A DNA stretch of 64,000 bases from Octopus vulgaris (taxonomy: Eukaryota), in assembly GCA_951406725.2 (NCBI GenBank), contig OX597817.1, positions 59,458,001 to 59,522,000 on the forward strand. The letters run 5' to 3'. Shown one piece after another: positions 1 to 13,610 of the stretch. Both the position numbers and the translations under genes were made by a program. The notes below the pieces were generated by a model that saw only the letters and a list, made by a program, of their open reading frames with translations, ran no database searches and was not told the origin of the DNA. Every line of letters begins with the position of its first letter. Positions within the stretch are counted from its first letter, which is position 1.

Positions 1-464
1 CCATCACTTCTTCACAACCAGCATTAGTTTGTTTATGCCCTAGTAACCTGGTGGTTCAGCAAAAGAGAACCAGCGTTGGTTTGTTTATGCCCTAGTAACC
101 TGGTGGTTCAGCAAAAGAGACTAACAGAATAAGTACCAATTTGGTTGACTAAACTTTTCAAAGTGGTGCCCCAGCATGGCCACAGTTCAGTGATTGAAAC
201 AAGTCAAAGGGAAAAGAGAATTAGTTCCCTTGCATCATAAAAATCATAAATTTGGAAGAACTTTCTTTGATTAATAATTTGTTCGACCAACTGCCCAATG
301 TTTTGATCTGTGTCCTCAATTTCCTGTTATATTTTGGTGACCCCCACCATCAACAGGACTGAAACAGACCACAATGACATAACCTCCTCTCTGGGGTTGG
401 TCAATTTTGTGGAGTTTCATATTTTTCAGGTCACAAATTACAAACCTTGGTATATAAGTATCTG

Positions 465-695
465 TTTCTTTATTACCCACAAGGGGCTAAACATAGAGGG
501 GACAAACAAGGACAGACAAACGGATTAAGTCAATTACATCGATCCCAGTGCGTAACTGGTACTTAATTTATCGACCCTGAAAGGATGAAAGGCAAAGTTG
601 ACCTCTGCGGAATTTGAACTTAGAAGGTAACGGCAGACAAAATATGGCTATGTATTTTGCCTGGCATGCTAACGTCTCTGCCAGCACGCCACCTT
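465..695 (-). mobile_element. tRNA-headed SINE, family B, with target-site duplication
   Basis: Matches the recurrent unit ggcgagctggcagaaacgttagc...gagttcaaattcc...gcctttcatcctttcggggtcgataa. GGTATATAAGTATC is duplicated on both flanks. Other copies at about 4975, 16150, 24525, 27895, 29455, 35950, 37383, 38634, 44720, 51105, 51518 and 61290. Confidence 0.85.
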
Positions 696-3600
696 GGTAT
701 ATAAGTATCATCTATATACTCCCACCTCTGCTGGTAACAAAGGGCCTCTCGCTCAGAATAAAAGGCAGACTGTATGATGCCTCAGAGTGGTTGGCGTTAG
801 GGAGGGCATCCAGCCGTAGGAACCTTGCCAAATCAGACTGGAGCCTGGTGCAGCCTCCCGGCTTGCCAGTCCTCAGTCACACCATCCAAACTATGCCAGC
901 ATGGAAAGCGGATGTTATATAACGATGAGGATATATAATGACAGTTACTGAAACGTGAAAATGAAAGAGAATGAAATAATTTTGCATCAGAGAAATGAGC
1001 ATATAGTCACATGACTTATTACTGACCTATTTGACAAGGTTAAGGGATGAGCCAAGGGTAATTGCCCTAAATCAAATTATATTATCACATGTTCAGGCTG
1101 TATGTCACAGAATAAACAAACATAATTGCTTGACGAACTTCTGGTGTCACATAATCATTCCATAAAAACCATCTTTTAGTTTTTATTTCAGACTATAGCC
1201 ATGCTGCAGCATCACCTTCAAGAAGTTTTGTCAAGCGAATCGACCCTAATACTTGTCTTTCCCTTTTTTTCTAAACTAAATACTTATTCTGTTAGTCTCT
1301 TTTTTCTAAACTAAATACTTATTCTGTTAGTCTCTTTTGCCAAACCGCTAAGTTATGGGGGACGTAAACACACCAGCACCAGTTGTCAAGAGATGGTGGG
1401 GGACAAAGACACATACACATGGATATATATATATATATATATAAATTAGAAAAAAACACCTTTTATCAATTCAAAATGAAAAATTTAATTACACCATCTA
1501 GAAAATTACATATAATAGAAAGATTAAATATAAGATAAAAAATATAACGATGATTAAGTAATGTGCAAAATAATAAATAAAACGTATATATTTGGTAAAT
1601 AATAAATAAATACCGGTGACATGTAAAAAACAGTCACTACATTCCCGGAGTGGTTGTCATTAGGAAGAGTTTCTAACCATAGAAACCGTGCCAAATCATA
1701 TCGGAACCTGGTGCAGCTCCCTGGCTTACCAGTTCTTAGTCAAACCATCCAACCCATGCCAGCATGGAAAACAGACGTTAAATGATGATGACTAATGACT
1801 GATGACAAAGGATAAACCAAGTTGGATGGGAGAGGGGTGCAAGGGTATGATGGCATAAATAGATTGAGATGATGGATTAGTAAAAGGAGTAAGGAGAGTG
1901 ATGAGTGATAGCAACAGGAATTGATAAATGGTAGGATTGAAAGGTGAATGTTCAATAGCAAGTGGTCAGAGATAGGGACAAGACGTATTGAAGAAGTAAA
2001 GGTAGATATGATCCCTTGGGATCAGTGAGATAGCCAGGTTGATGAGAAGGACGAGAGGGAGAGGAGTGGAGTGCTGGAATCGGTATGGACTGTTTGTTAA
2101 GTCTCACTCGGAATGTATTGAGATGAATGTTTTCAAGGATTCCTGATTTCTGTTGGCAAGAAGTAAGTTTTGGGTCACTAATTTGGAATGGATTTTCTCT
2201 CAGGATCCTTGCGTTTTTTTTTTCTTTCTTTTTTTTTATAGCAACTGATGCTTGATAGAGGGATTCTGCAAAGATTTCCTTTTCAATAGAAATTGTAGGA
2301 AAATTGCAATATTCTTTGCCATATTTGGTGCCAGTTTTTGCAAGATTCTCCAAACAATAGACCAGAATATCATGTTCTATTCAGTACATTTCCAGCCCTT
2401 TCAATAACACTGAATAATTTTTATTCTTAATCATTGGGGCGCAGCCATGCTAGGGTACTGCCTCAGAGAGTTTAGGGAAACAGATCAACCCCAGTACATA
2501 TTTTTTTAAGAGTCATACTTATTGTATCGATTTTTTTGCACAACAGCTAAGTCACAGGAACATAAAGAAACCAACACTAGTGGTGGTGGTGGTGGTGAGG
2601 ACAAACACAAACATGTCTGAAACATCACTAGAGTTGTACTTCTGATGGGGTAGAAGCATGCTTGGGAACAATGTCATTACGGTGATTCAGCTTGATTTCA
2701 AGATTTTAAACATCCGACCAAATTTTTGTTTGGCTTTCTTTACAGTTCTTTGTATATTTGGTCTGGAGAACAAGCTCTCTGCTATCACCGTGCCTAGAAT
2801 TAATAACCAAATCCCCTTCAAGCCATACCCTATCATTTTGGAAAATGAAAGGGTACACTGAATAATGTAGACCTTGATACATTATGTAAAAGAAGACGAA
2901 ATGATCTGGACAGGCTACACGTCCCAAATCTCATGGGTTTTTCTTTTTTTTTTCCTTTTGTTTTCCAGGACTGTAATTTCCATTTTATGAAACAAAAGAA
3001 TACTAAAGATAAAAGAAAAAGGAAAAAGTACTCTTTTCCTTTCCCATGATTTTAGAGTACCTAATGCGGAACTCCGCCCACTTCGGACCATAGCTGATAA
3101 GGTCAGACATAAAGCTAAACAAATAATGTATTCGAACGATTAAATACGGTTCCTGAAAAAGCGAATAACAACGCAAAGCGAAAAATACTTTTAAAAACAT
3201 TAAGTTATCAAACATCTTAACAGCTAAGGGTCCGTTTCCGTTTCGGACTCTTGAACCAACCGAAATGACTATTTCATTACCTTTCGGGGATTATTTTTAG
3301 TATGTTTTTTTTTCTATTTAATTGAGAAAGAAGAGAAAAAAAAATCGAAGCAAATCAATACAGATAAATCAACAACTAACAAGAAGAATAACGAATAAAT
3401 GAAAGCAACCTTACACTTAAAATAAAGCTGAATCGAACGTTTGTTTTCTGTGCGATTTTGCAAAAATTAAAGAAACAATAATAGTTTAATCGGGTACGGG
3501 TAGCCGACAGCAATGTTGTATTATATTAAGAGCAGAGGAGGCTATAACTAAGGGAGATCACTACAGACGACAACAAAGCTTCTACGTGATCATTCGACTT

Positions 3601-5269
3601 GCTAGAAATGGCAGCTAAATCTCCTTTAATTCACGTTTCAAATAGGGAGCAGTCCCCATCCCCCAATCAAAGATGGATAGTATGTGAGGGTTGTAAAGTG
3701 GGCCAGTAAAATACTATGATTAATAAAATTAAGAGGGTTTTTTAACCTCGTCCAACAAATGGTAAACAAAAGAACTATAGAGGCGCAAACTTTAATTTGG
3801 TTTTCCCAGCAATAAAAAGATGGCAGTGAGGAAGGAAAAAAGTTCAATAATGTTTCGTATGCAGGCCTCCAGGTATGTACTAGTTTGAGAAGCGCAAATG
3901 ATTCATGTATTCAAGGCTATACTATGGCAGGGGTGACAAAAATAACCAATCGCCACAGCTAAAATACTTTTAGCCATCGATCAACTCAATCAGGGCAAAC
4001 CTGAGGCTAAACAACGACTAGGATACAAGAGCTTCTAAGGACTTGGACTTCTTGGCGATCGCCATAAAAAAATGTTTCTTTTAACCAAGTACAAATGCCT
4101 TTCTATATGAAACCCATCGTATAAATGTAAATATGAATGTAAGTCGGCATCCCTAAGATTCCATCGGAAGTTGAGGGGCCAAGTGAAGCCATGTCTATAT
4201 CAGGGACATATATTTACAGCGGTGAGAACCTCGTTAATGTTTCTTTTAACCAAGTACAAATGCCTTTCTATATGTGGAAGGGTCTTGAAACGATGGTCCT
4301 TCAAAGTAACAGAATTCACAAGAAAGGAAAGAGTTTTATACAACGGAAATTATGATAGTCTGAAATTTCTGGGGTCATTTTCTCCCCTCACAAATTTTAG
4401 TTTTCTTACACACACCACCTTATGAAAATTAGAACAAAAACGTATAAAACTGAAATTTTCCCTTTCTTGCGAGGTATAGGACTTCGAAGGGCAGCTATTC
4501 CAAAACTCCAACCCTAGTGAAAGCTTTTGTCGAGTACAATATATAAACGAAATGAGAAGATTGCAATTAGGAACTTCAAAATATCAATTATTCTTAAAGG
4601 ATAAATGGCATTTACATCTGCTAATCATCTTATTTTTGCCATAGAACACATAGTTGTCTAATTAAAAGGTTCGCTTCACAAGCACGTCTCAGCACTTTGG
4701 GCAAGTGTTTTCTAATATCTTGGGTCGACCAAAGCCAAGTGAGTTAAATTTGGTAACTGGAAACCGTACTGAAACCCATCGTATAAATGTAAATATGAAT
4801 GTAAGTTGGCATCCCTAAGATTCCATCGGAAGTTGAGGGGCCAAGTGGAGCCATGCCTATATCAGCGACATATATTTACAGTGGTGAGAACCTCGTTAAA
4901 CAGGGTTTTTTTTTTTTTTAATGTCCTGCACTATGTGTATGTTCCTACAAACAATGAGGGAGCGAGTGAGCCGATTATTTCGAACCCAGTGTTCAACAGG
5001 TACTTATTTTATCGGCCCCAAAAGAATAAAAGACAAAGTCGACCTCGGTGGAATTTGAACTCAGAACGTAAAAACGGACGAAATAGCGATAGGCATTTTG
5101 TTCGGCGTGCAAATGGTTCAGCCAACTCGCCGAACAAAAATTGCCAACCCAAAATAAATGGTTGTATACACGGTAAACTACGAAATTCAAAACGATGTCT
5201 TGCAGATTAATATGTCCCGGCAGATTCGAATGCGTGAACAAACAGACTCAAAGACACACACACATACGT

Positions 5270-5331
<62 letters not shown>

Positions 5332-5441
5332 AGGTACTGGTAGCTAGAAGATCCAGAGTGTCAGGTAACGCTAAGTAAGTTCTATATTCCCTATCTCTTC
5401 CTTTTCCATAATAATTTCGAACTCAAAATTTTTCTCACACC

Positions 5442-5489
5442 GTCTCTGATGAAGGGGTATCCATGATATCCCAGAAACAGCTGTAAGAC
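5442..5489 (+). ncRNA. Minimal type I hammerhead ribozyme motif
   Basis: GTCT|CTGATGA|A GGGGTAT ccatg ATATCCC A|GAAA CAGCTG TA|AGAC. Core is intact, stem II is 7 bp, stem III is the palindrome ACAGCTGT, cleavage triplet is GUA, stem I is GTCT/AGAC. Confidence 0.8.
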
Positions 5490-7419
5490 TATGTCATTAT
5501 AAATGACCTGAAAACTCTTCACAACCTTGGCTTTATTATCTCATTCTGTCTAAGACATATAAATATATATATATATACGACGGGCTCTTTCAGTTTCCAT
5601 CGACCAATCTACTCACAAGGTCGGCCCGTGGCCGAAGGTGTCACGCTGTGGGCTGAACTCGGAACTATGTGGTTGACAAACAAACTTCTTACCACACAAC
5701 CACGTCTTTTTTTTTTTCTCGAACCCTAGGACTCTTAAAGCCAGTTACTGAGTTTCCATTGTGTATAAGTAACCAAGATCAAACGCCAGTCCGTTGGGTT
5801 TCAGGCCAGGAATTGGGGGGGGGGGACAAGTCGAATGCATTGGCACTAATGCTTGACTGGTACTTTATATCATCGACCCCGAAGGTTTGCAAAGTTGATT
5901 TCGACGGAGATATCCAACGAAATAATGCTGCCAGTTCGCCGCAGTTATATGGACCTAAAACCCAAGATTGCCACCGAGGGAGAATTGGCTGCTATTTCTA
6001 ACCATTCCGAAGAAGGCGTAGATACGGAATATTGCCCTTAAATCTATGGTGTTGTTCTGGAGAACAATGAATTTGTGTTGGTGCCGAAAGCTGTATACCG
6101 TTATGCTTCCATTTAAAGCCGGAAGTGTTTAATCGCCACTTACTGGGACATTTAGGGGGTTAGGGTTTGGAGAACTCGATTACATTTAAAAGTGGTTTGG
6201 AGTGGATAGTGAAAAAGGGCCACATAGCATAAGTCAGAAAAACCATCAAGAAAGCCATCGCAGGTTGAAGGCCAGCTTGTGCTGATTGCAATACGGAAGT
6301 GAGAAAATATAGAATATACAACGACGATGAAAATTATATAACTTTGAACCTCTCTTTTTGTTTGCTCTAGAGAAAGATATAAGCAGAGCATCAAAATCTT
6401 ATGGCTTTATACTTTTGACGAAGAAGTAATTATTAAATTGGGGATATACAACATTTAAATAACAAAGTGTGTTTAATTTGGTACCTCAACGTTCTTGTTT
6501 CAAATCCTGCCGGCTTCGACTGTGATTCTATAAACGACTTCGGGGACATAAATTATACATCTAAAATAATGAAATAGAAGCCAGAGGAGGGAGAAACTAC
6601 GTGACCGCTACATATGCTAAAAACAGCAACTAAATCACCCTCAAGTTACCCTATAATAAGTATCACCTAAAAACAAACGAGATGATCGTAAATGAAATAT
6701 CTTTCATTATAATCAGTTTATCTGAAATAAACAACAACAGCAGTCGATTTAATTAACTATGGCACGCCTGTTCCATCCACAAACGTTTTGTTTTTTTAGT
6801 CTCTGATCAAATAAAATTAATAAATAATCATGGATTGTCGAGGATCTCTTAGTGTTTTCTTTTTTTTTTTCTATCGATCTCTTAAAGACGTTATTAAAAC
6901 AAAACAAAAAAAACTTACTTTTTTTTTATCAATATTTGTTCATGTACTTCTAGTTGGGAGGGTCAATACCCAGATGGAGCAAAATAGTTGTTGCTACTTG
7001 TTTATATAGTAATCTCCTAAATTCGATCATATGACTTTTTAAAAAATTGTTTTATATATATTTATTATTTCTTTTTTGTTTTATCTCATACCGTGAATGT
7101 TTGTTTAGTCATTACATCCGTTCTAGTTCACTTTCTTTCTTCCCTCTCTTTCCTGTCTTTCTTTCTCTGACTCTCGCCCTTTCCTTTCTTACTCTCCTAC
7201 CTCTCACTCTTTCTTTTCTTACTCTCTTACCCCTCTCTCTTTCGTATCACTCTCTCTTTTTCTCTTTGTTGCTCTCTCTCTTTCCCCTTCCCATTTCAAC
7301 TCATGATCAATTCTTTCCTCTTTCACAAAACACGTGATTTCATGTCATCTATTTATCGTTTTTTAGCTTTGTAATTTGACCCAAACAAAGTACAATGAGA
7401 AGTTTATTATCTAAAATGA

Positions 7420-7464
7420 ATATATATATATATATAAGTGTGTGTATGTATGTATGTATATATA

Positions 7465-7516
<52 letters not shown>

Positions 7517-7526
7517 TGTGTGTATG

Positions 7527-7593
<67 letters not shown>

Positions 7594-7594
7594 A
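7420..7594. repeat. Compound (TA)n/(TG)n microsatellite
   Basis: Direct inspection. Similar arrays at about 5270, 19125, 20300, 22040, 43690 (CT), 44046, 46975, 47270, 54447 and 60080. Confidence 0.95.
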
Positions 7595-8651
7595 TACATT
7601 CTTTTGTTGTCTGACCATTTCTATCAATATATGTGTGTGTATATGTACGTATACATGGGGGGCAAAATAGGTATATAGTAAGTATCCCATCAATGTTAAT
7701 TAATTCATTAAAACTATTAGCGCTTTAAATTAGCCTCATTTTTGATATCTACAGTGTCAGTAATCATAATAATATATTTATCATAACTTATAATTTTTGG
7801 GATATAAATAAATGAATATTGTAGGTTTTCTTTTTTCATAACTGTATGCCTACTTTTACACACACACACACACACATGTGAGTGTGTAGAGGGGCAGACA
7901 GACACACACACACACACACAGATATAATACGGATTTTATCAGCATGTATTGTATTTTAGCGGTTTGGATGGCTACAAAGATGGCAAAGAGTTAAATAAAT
8001 ACCAAAATTTATAAAACAGTGAAATATGAAAAGGAGTCAAAAACTTTTGTGAAATAACTTTTAAAACTTTGTTAGGAAGACTGAAACAAAGAATGGTTTC
8101 AAATTCTGGAACAAAACCAGCAACTTTTAGGAGAGGAGAAAGTCAATTACATTGACACCAGTGCCCAACTGGTACCTTTTTTATCCACCCTGAAAGAATG
8201 GAAAGTAAATCTGATCTCAGCAGAATCTGAACCCAGAAGAAATCCCATTAAGCATTTTGGGCCAAAGTGCTAAGGATTCTACAAATTGCCGCCTTTGGTC
8301 AAAGCAAATAACGAAATAACTTCAAAAGCATTCATCATTATCATTTAACGTCTGTTGTCCATGCTGGCATGGGTTGGATGGTTTGAATAGGACTGGCAAG
8401 CTAGACGGCTGCTCTAGACTCCCGTCTGATTTGGCATGGTCTCTATGGCTGGATGCCCTTCTTAATGCCTACCACTCCAAGAGTGTAATGGGTGATTTTA
8501 CGTGCCATTGGCATGGGTGCCATTTGTGTGTCACAACTGCGATTTTGCTCAGTTTGATGGGTCTTCTTCTCAAGCATGACATAATGCAAAAGGTCTCGAT
8601 CATTGCCTCCATCACATGAAAGCAGCTCAGCCATTTTGAGTCTGTGAGGCC

Positions 8652-9065
8652 TGTTATATAATCATCACAACAAACATGAACAATCAACGTCGCCCATTGT
8701 CTCCCTTGATAAAAGGACTTTCACTTTGTTTCCCGCCAAAACAATTAACTTGTACAACAACGGCAGTCGAATAAAGTATCTCGTATCGTTAAAAAAAAAA
8801 AAAATTAAAAAAAAAAAAAGGAAGATGTTATATAATCATCACAACAAACATGAACAATCAACGTCGCCCATTGTCTCCCTTGATAAAAGGACTTTCACTT
8901 TGTTTCCCGCCAAAACATTTAACTTGTACAACAACGGCAGTCGAATAAAGTATCTCGTATCGTTAACACGTTGTTTCAGTCTCTCTCATTTTCTTAATCT
9001 TTCATACTAAGTACTCACTACTTCCTTTAATACTCAATACATTATATATATATATAATAACAACA
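8652..9065 (+). mobile_element. Miniature LTR element: partial LTR, A-rich/PPT spacer, full LTR
   Basis: TGTT...AACA termini and a 5-bp TSD AGGCC (8647-8651, 9066-9070). A 140-bp direct repeat starts at 8652 and 8826. Purine tract AAAAGGAAGA precedes the second copy. Confidence 0.8.
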
Positions 9066-11805
9066 AGGCCCAGTGCTCAAAAGGTGCTTCAAAGGGCTTG
9101 GTCATTGCCTCCATGAGGCCCAACACTCAAAAGGAGCTCAGCCACTTTGCTTTTGTGAGGCCTAACGCTCAAAATGTGCTAGTTATGTGACACCAGTATC
9201 AGCCACAACTGCGATTTCACTTCTCAAGCACAGCATATCACGAAAGATCTCAGTCACTAATCATTGCCCCTGTGAGACTCAAAGTTCGAAGATCATACTT
9301 CACCACCATGTCCCATGTCTTCCTGGGTCTACCTCTACAACAGGTTCCCATCACAACACTTCTTTACACAACTGTCCTCATTCATACGCATCACATGACC
9401 ATACCAGTGCAGTCGTCTCTCTTGCACACCACATCTGATGCCCCTTATGCCTAACTTTTCTCTCAGGATGCTTACACTCTGTCATACAGGCACACTAACA
9501 CTACACATTCAGTGAAACACGCTGGCTTTATTTCTTTCAAGCCTACTCATTTCCTCAACCAGTCACAGCCCGTGTTTCATTGCTATGTAGCATAGCTGTT
9601 CGCACACAGGCATCATACAATCTGCCTTACACTCTAAGGGAGAGGCTCTTTGTTGCCAGCAGAGGTAGGAGCTCTCTGAACTTCACCCAGCCTAATATTA
9701 TTCTCACAGCCATGCTCTTGAAGCATCCACCTCCACTACTAATTGGTCTCCTAGATAATGGAAGCTATCTACTACCTCTAGCTTGCCCCACTGGCAGTTG
9801 ATGGAGTCTATTTTCTGTACATTTTCAGCATTTATTGTATCTGTGCATCTTCCACATACAAAAGCTAGTTTCCCTGTTAACCTTCCTCTGATATTGCTGC
9901 ACTTTTTATGAGTTCAAAGCTTACACCAGGTGCATCTTATGATGTTTCTATCTAAGCCTTTTCTACAGATCGAGCAGGGCTACCTGAAGGGATTTGTGAT
10001 TTTTCTGCCTTCCTACTTACTAAGACTTCAGTTTTTGCTGGGTTAACTCTAAGGCCCTTCAGTTCTAGACCTTGCTTCCATACCAGAAACTTCTTCTCTA
10101 GTTCTGATAGAAATTAAGCTATAAGAGCAAGGTCATCAGCACAGAGGAGCTCCCAGGGGCAGCCTGTCTTGAATTCTTCTGTTATTGCCTGGAGGACTAT
10201 GATGAACAAGACTTGTACCCTGAATTCTGCACTGTACTTGTCGCCAACTTTCACCTTACTGACAGCATCCCTGTCATGGCTTGTACAGCTCTCACCAACC
10301 ACTCATCTATCCCTAATTTCCACACTGACTACCAGATAAGGGATCGGGGAACCCTGTCAAAGGCTTTCTCCAAATCACCAAAAGCCAAGTACAGAGGTTT
10401 ATCTTTGGCTAGGTATTTCTTCTGCAGCTGCCTTACCAGAAATATAGCATCAGTGGTGCTTCTCCCTGGCACAAAACCAAACTGCATCTCATCTAAACTA
10501 ACTTTCTCCTTAATTAGTTGTGCTGTGACCCTCTCCATAACTTTCATCCCCTGATCCAACGATTTGATAGCTCTGTAGTTATTTCTGTCTAAGGCATCAC
10601 CATTATCTTTGTAGCAGTTGACTGTGGTGCTGCTACACCAGTCACTGGGTATGATGCCTTTGTGAACCACCTGATATATAATACAGGTGACTAGACCATA
10701 ACCCACACTGCCAGATATTTTAAGCATCTCATCAGTGATTCCTGAAGAGCCAGGGGTTTTCCCTCTCTTCATATTCTTAATTGCTTTATCTACCAAGGTA
10801 CTGTCAATTCAGATAGCTGGTCCCTCAATGGGGTCAACAGTTGGCAGGCTCTCCTCCTCCCATTCATTCTTCATGTTCAGCAGTCTTTCACAATGGCATT
10901 TCTAAACCTCTTTGCAGAATCATTAAATGCAAGTTCACCATCATCCATGCAGGCACATTTCTCTCCTATGTCATCACAATTTTCTCTCATACACTGACTT
11001 GCATTCCGAAACACTTCAGTTCTTTGATCCTCACATTACTGAACATAGGCAAACTTCTTTTCGGCTTCTCCTTGGCTAGATACACCTATCTCCTAGCCTC
11101 TCTTTTGGCTACCTGATACAGTTCCCTGCTACCCCCGCTATTCCAGGCCTGTTTCTTTGGTCCAATGATCCTGTCTGCAGCATCACTCCACCACCATGGG
11201 TTTGGTCTGTGGCACTCAGCAAGCTGTTCCGCAGGAATTCCCAGTTGCCCTCTATGTCACATACTGTAGCTCCTCCTCGCTCTCATCAAATTTCTCAATT
11301 AGGATGTCCCTAAATCTCTAACCATACAAAGGATCCTCAAGCTTCCAAATCTTATTTTTCCATATTGGTCTTCTTGATGCCCTTCTGGCCTGGAGTCTAA
11401 AGTCACTAATGACTAGTCTATACTCAGGAGTGGGTCTTTGTATTTAAGTGCAACCATGCATCTCGCTGTCTGGTGAGAATGTAATTGATCTGGCTTGTAC
11501 AATCACCTGATTGATAGGTTATCAGGTGGCTGTTTGGCTTCCTGAAGTTAGTGTTGCAGATCAATAGGTTATTTGCATCACAGAACTCCAGTAGTCTTGT
11601 TCCCTCTTCATTTCAGGAACCAATTCCATGCCCCTTCCCCCATCCATATACACCATGGAAGATACCAGGCTGCTGTCCAACATGCCCATTGAAATCCTAG
11701 CCATGAAAATGAGATCGTTGTCACTTGTCTTTGAGGTAGCCTGCAGAACATCATAAAAGTGGTCCTTCTGTTCATTTGGTAGACTTGCTTCTGGGGCATT
11801 ATCAT

Positions 11806-12110
11806 CATTGTTCGACCGTGGTCGAGACAGTGGAATTTACAATGTTACGCCAGACTTCACGGTCCATCATAACATTACGGAGGTCCCGTTGCTGGATGCC
11901 TGTAGCCCTGGCAGATTACATCAGGGTAGGAGAGTGTGCACCCTCTGGTATCGCGAGCAGATGGCTTCCAGAGGAGAAGAGTAGAAATCACCTCGTTTTC
12001 AGCTCTACAACAATGTCCAGCAAACTGGACTCTTCTACCTTTCACAAGAGATGATACAGGTGGTAATTTCCCATATATTTGTACTTTGGTTGGATGACGC
12101 TTAGGCAGAG
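11806..12110 (-). mobile_element. 3' fragment of a second LINE (RTE-X-like) nested in the RTE
   Basis: VKGRRVQFAGHCCRAENEVISTLLLWKP followed by a (GAT)n tail. Longer copy at 56572-57010. Confidence 0.75.
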
Positions 12111-12827
12111 ATAATTGTCGCTTTACCATTCTGCAAGACTAGCCTGAGCTTAGGTACTGTGTTGCACACTCTGACTACCTCTATGACTTTATCCACCCTA
12201 ACCCTGTCTTTGCTACCTGCCCAGAAGATTTTATACCTGTGTGTCTTGCTTTGAGGAACCTGGCTGAAGCTCCCCTCCACCTTACCTCAACATACATCGA
12301 CATGCCTCCGTTCAAGCATCTCAACAATCCCACCAGACCTACATTTCAATGTGCCTACATTGACAGCGCCAACTCTGAGAAAGGGAAAGGGACATGAGAG
12401 GGAACATGAGAAGGAGAGATGGTATCCAGCACCTGAAAAGGTTTCAGTGAACATTTGATAACAGACATGTCACAACAGTTGTTCTCGCTTTAAACTACCA
12501 TCATTCAAACATGTTTAAATTGTTGCCCCTATTAGAAGTGAGTATAATGTAAGCATTGTAAATACAAGTGTTTCTGCTGTGAATATAAATATGTCAATGT
12601 TTAAATTAAGTGAGTGAATGAGCCGCTCTTGGTTAGTCCATTGTATATAAGAGAGAAAGAGAAAGAAAGAGGTAGGGTGGGGTCTGTTAATTTACTAAGT
12701 AACACATCTCCTTTAGGTGCCTGTAATAGTGGGGATATTTGCTGGCGATGGGGAGGGAGGGCAGGGGCGGGGGACAGAGGTCTTGTGGTACAGAAGTGCA
12801 GCAGAACCCGGTAGAGGTTTTCAATAT

Positions 12828-13025
12828 AAGAGAAGAGATTTCCTGTATGAGAGAAGAAATCTCCGGTATGAGAGAAGAGATCTCTGTTATAAGTGGTGGG
12901 GGCAGGAATGGGTGAGTGTATTGCGGTTAGGTGGGGGGAGCAGGAATGGATGAGTGGGGGAGCAGGAAAGGGTGAGTGTGTTGCGGTTAGGGTGGCGGAG
13001 GCAGGAATGGGTGAGTGTGTTGCAG
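12828..13025. repeat. Two adjacent minisatellites (about 22-bp unit x3, about 38-bp G-rich unit x3-4)
   Basis: Repeats of gagaagagatttcctgtatga-like and ggcaggaatgggtgagtgtgttgcggttagg-like units. Confidence 0.75.
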
Positions 13026-13311
13026 TTACGAAAGTTATTAGAGTTATTTTAACTCAAGTACATTAGTATGTTAGTATTACAAGTTAAATGAATGAACGAT
13101 GAGAGATTAAAAATAAGAGAAACTTCTTAGCTTCGCTGCTGGTCATTTCACGTGGTACGATAGTGTCAGTAGCAGAGCAAGTGATGTGAAGGTTTGGGGA
13201 AACCATGTGCGAAGGGTTCTTTATATAATCTACAGCTGAAAGTGGTCAAATAAATAGCTGCCTTTGCTACAAGAAATAGAAATAGCAGTAAGAAGTCACT
13301 AGTGAGGCAGT

Positions 13312-13610
13312 GGAGGCACATGGCCAAGTGGTTAGAGCAACATACTCGCGGTCGCAGGATCGCAGGTTTGAATCTCAGACTGGGCGATGTGTGTGTTTAT
13401 GAGCGAAACACCTAAGCTCCATGCGGCTCCAGCAGAAGGTAATGGTGAACTTCTGCTGACTCTTTCGCCACAACTTTCTCTCACTCTTTCCTCCTGCATC
13501 TTGCAGCTCACCTGCAACGGACCAGCGTCCCATCCAGGTGGGGAATCTACACGCCAAGGAAACTGGGAAACCAGCCCTTATGAGTCAGGTGTAACTCAAG
13601 AAGGAACAAC
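13312..13610 (+). mobile_element. tRNA-derived SINE, family D
   Basis: A-box tggccaagtggttag, B-box-like ggtttgaatc, and a V-domain-like cctgcaacggaccagcgtcccatccagg. Copies at 30715-30895 and 33638-33922. Confidence 0.85.

Larger units (their letters stand above)
8336..12450 (-). mobile_element. Degenerate RTE-clade LINE (endonuclease, RT, 3' UTR), interrupted by other insertions
   Basis: ORF pieces NYRAIKSLDQGMKVMERV, QFGFVPGRSTTDAIFLVRQLQKKY, DLEKAFDRVPR and ELLCADDLALIA. Many stops and frameshifts. (GAT)-type tail near 8336. Confidence 0.9.

Noticed and set aside
18-120. Short tandem duplications (52 bp here, also about 1267-1337 and 32137-32248)
   Set aside because: Ordinary slippage duplications inside decayed repeats.
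7349-7693. YIYI, THTH and SLSL ORFs throughout the window
   Set aside because: Translations of microsatellites.
12520-13235. Possible solo LTR
   Set aside because: No matching TSD for any TG...CA pair tried.
13312-13385. tRNA gene
   Set aside because: It is a SINE head that continues into a repeated body.
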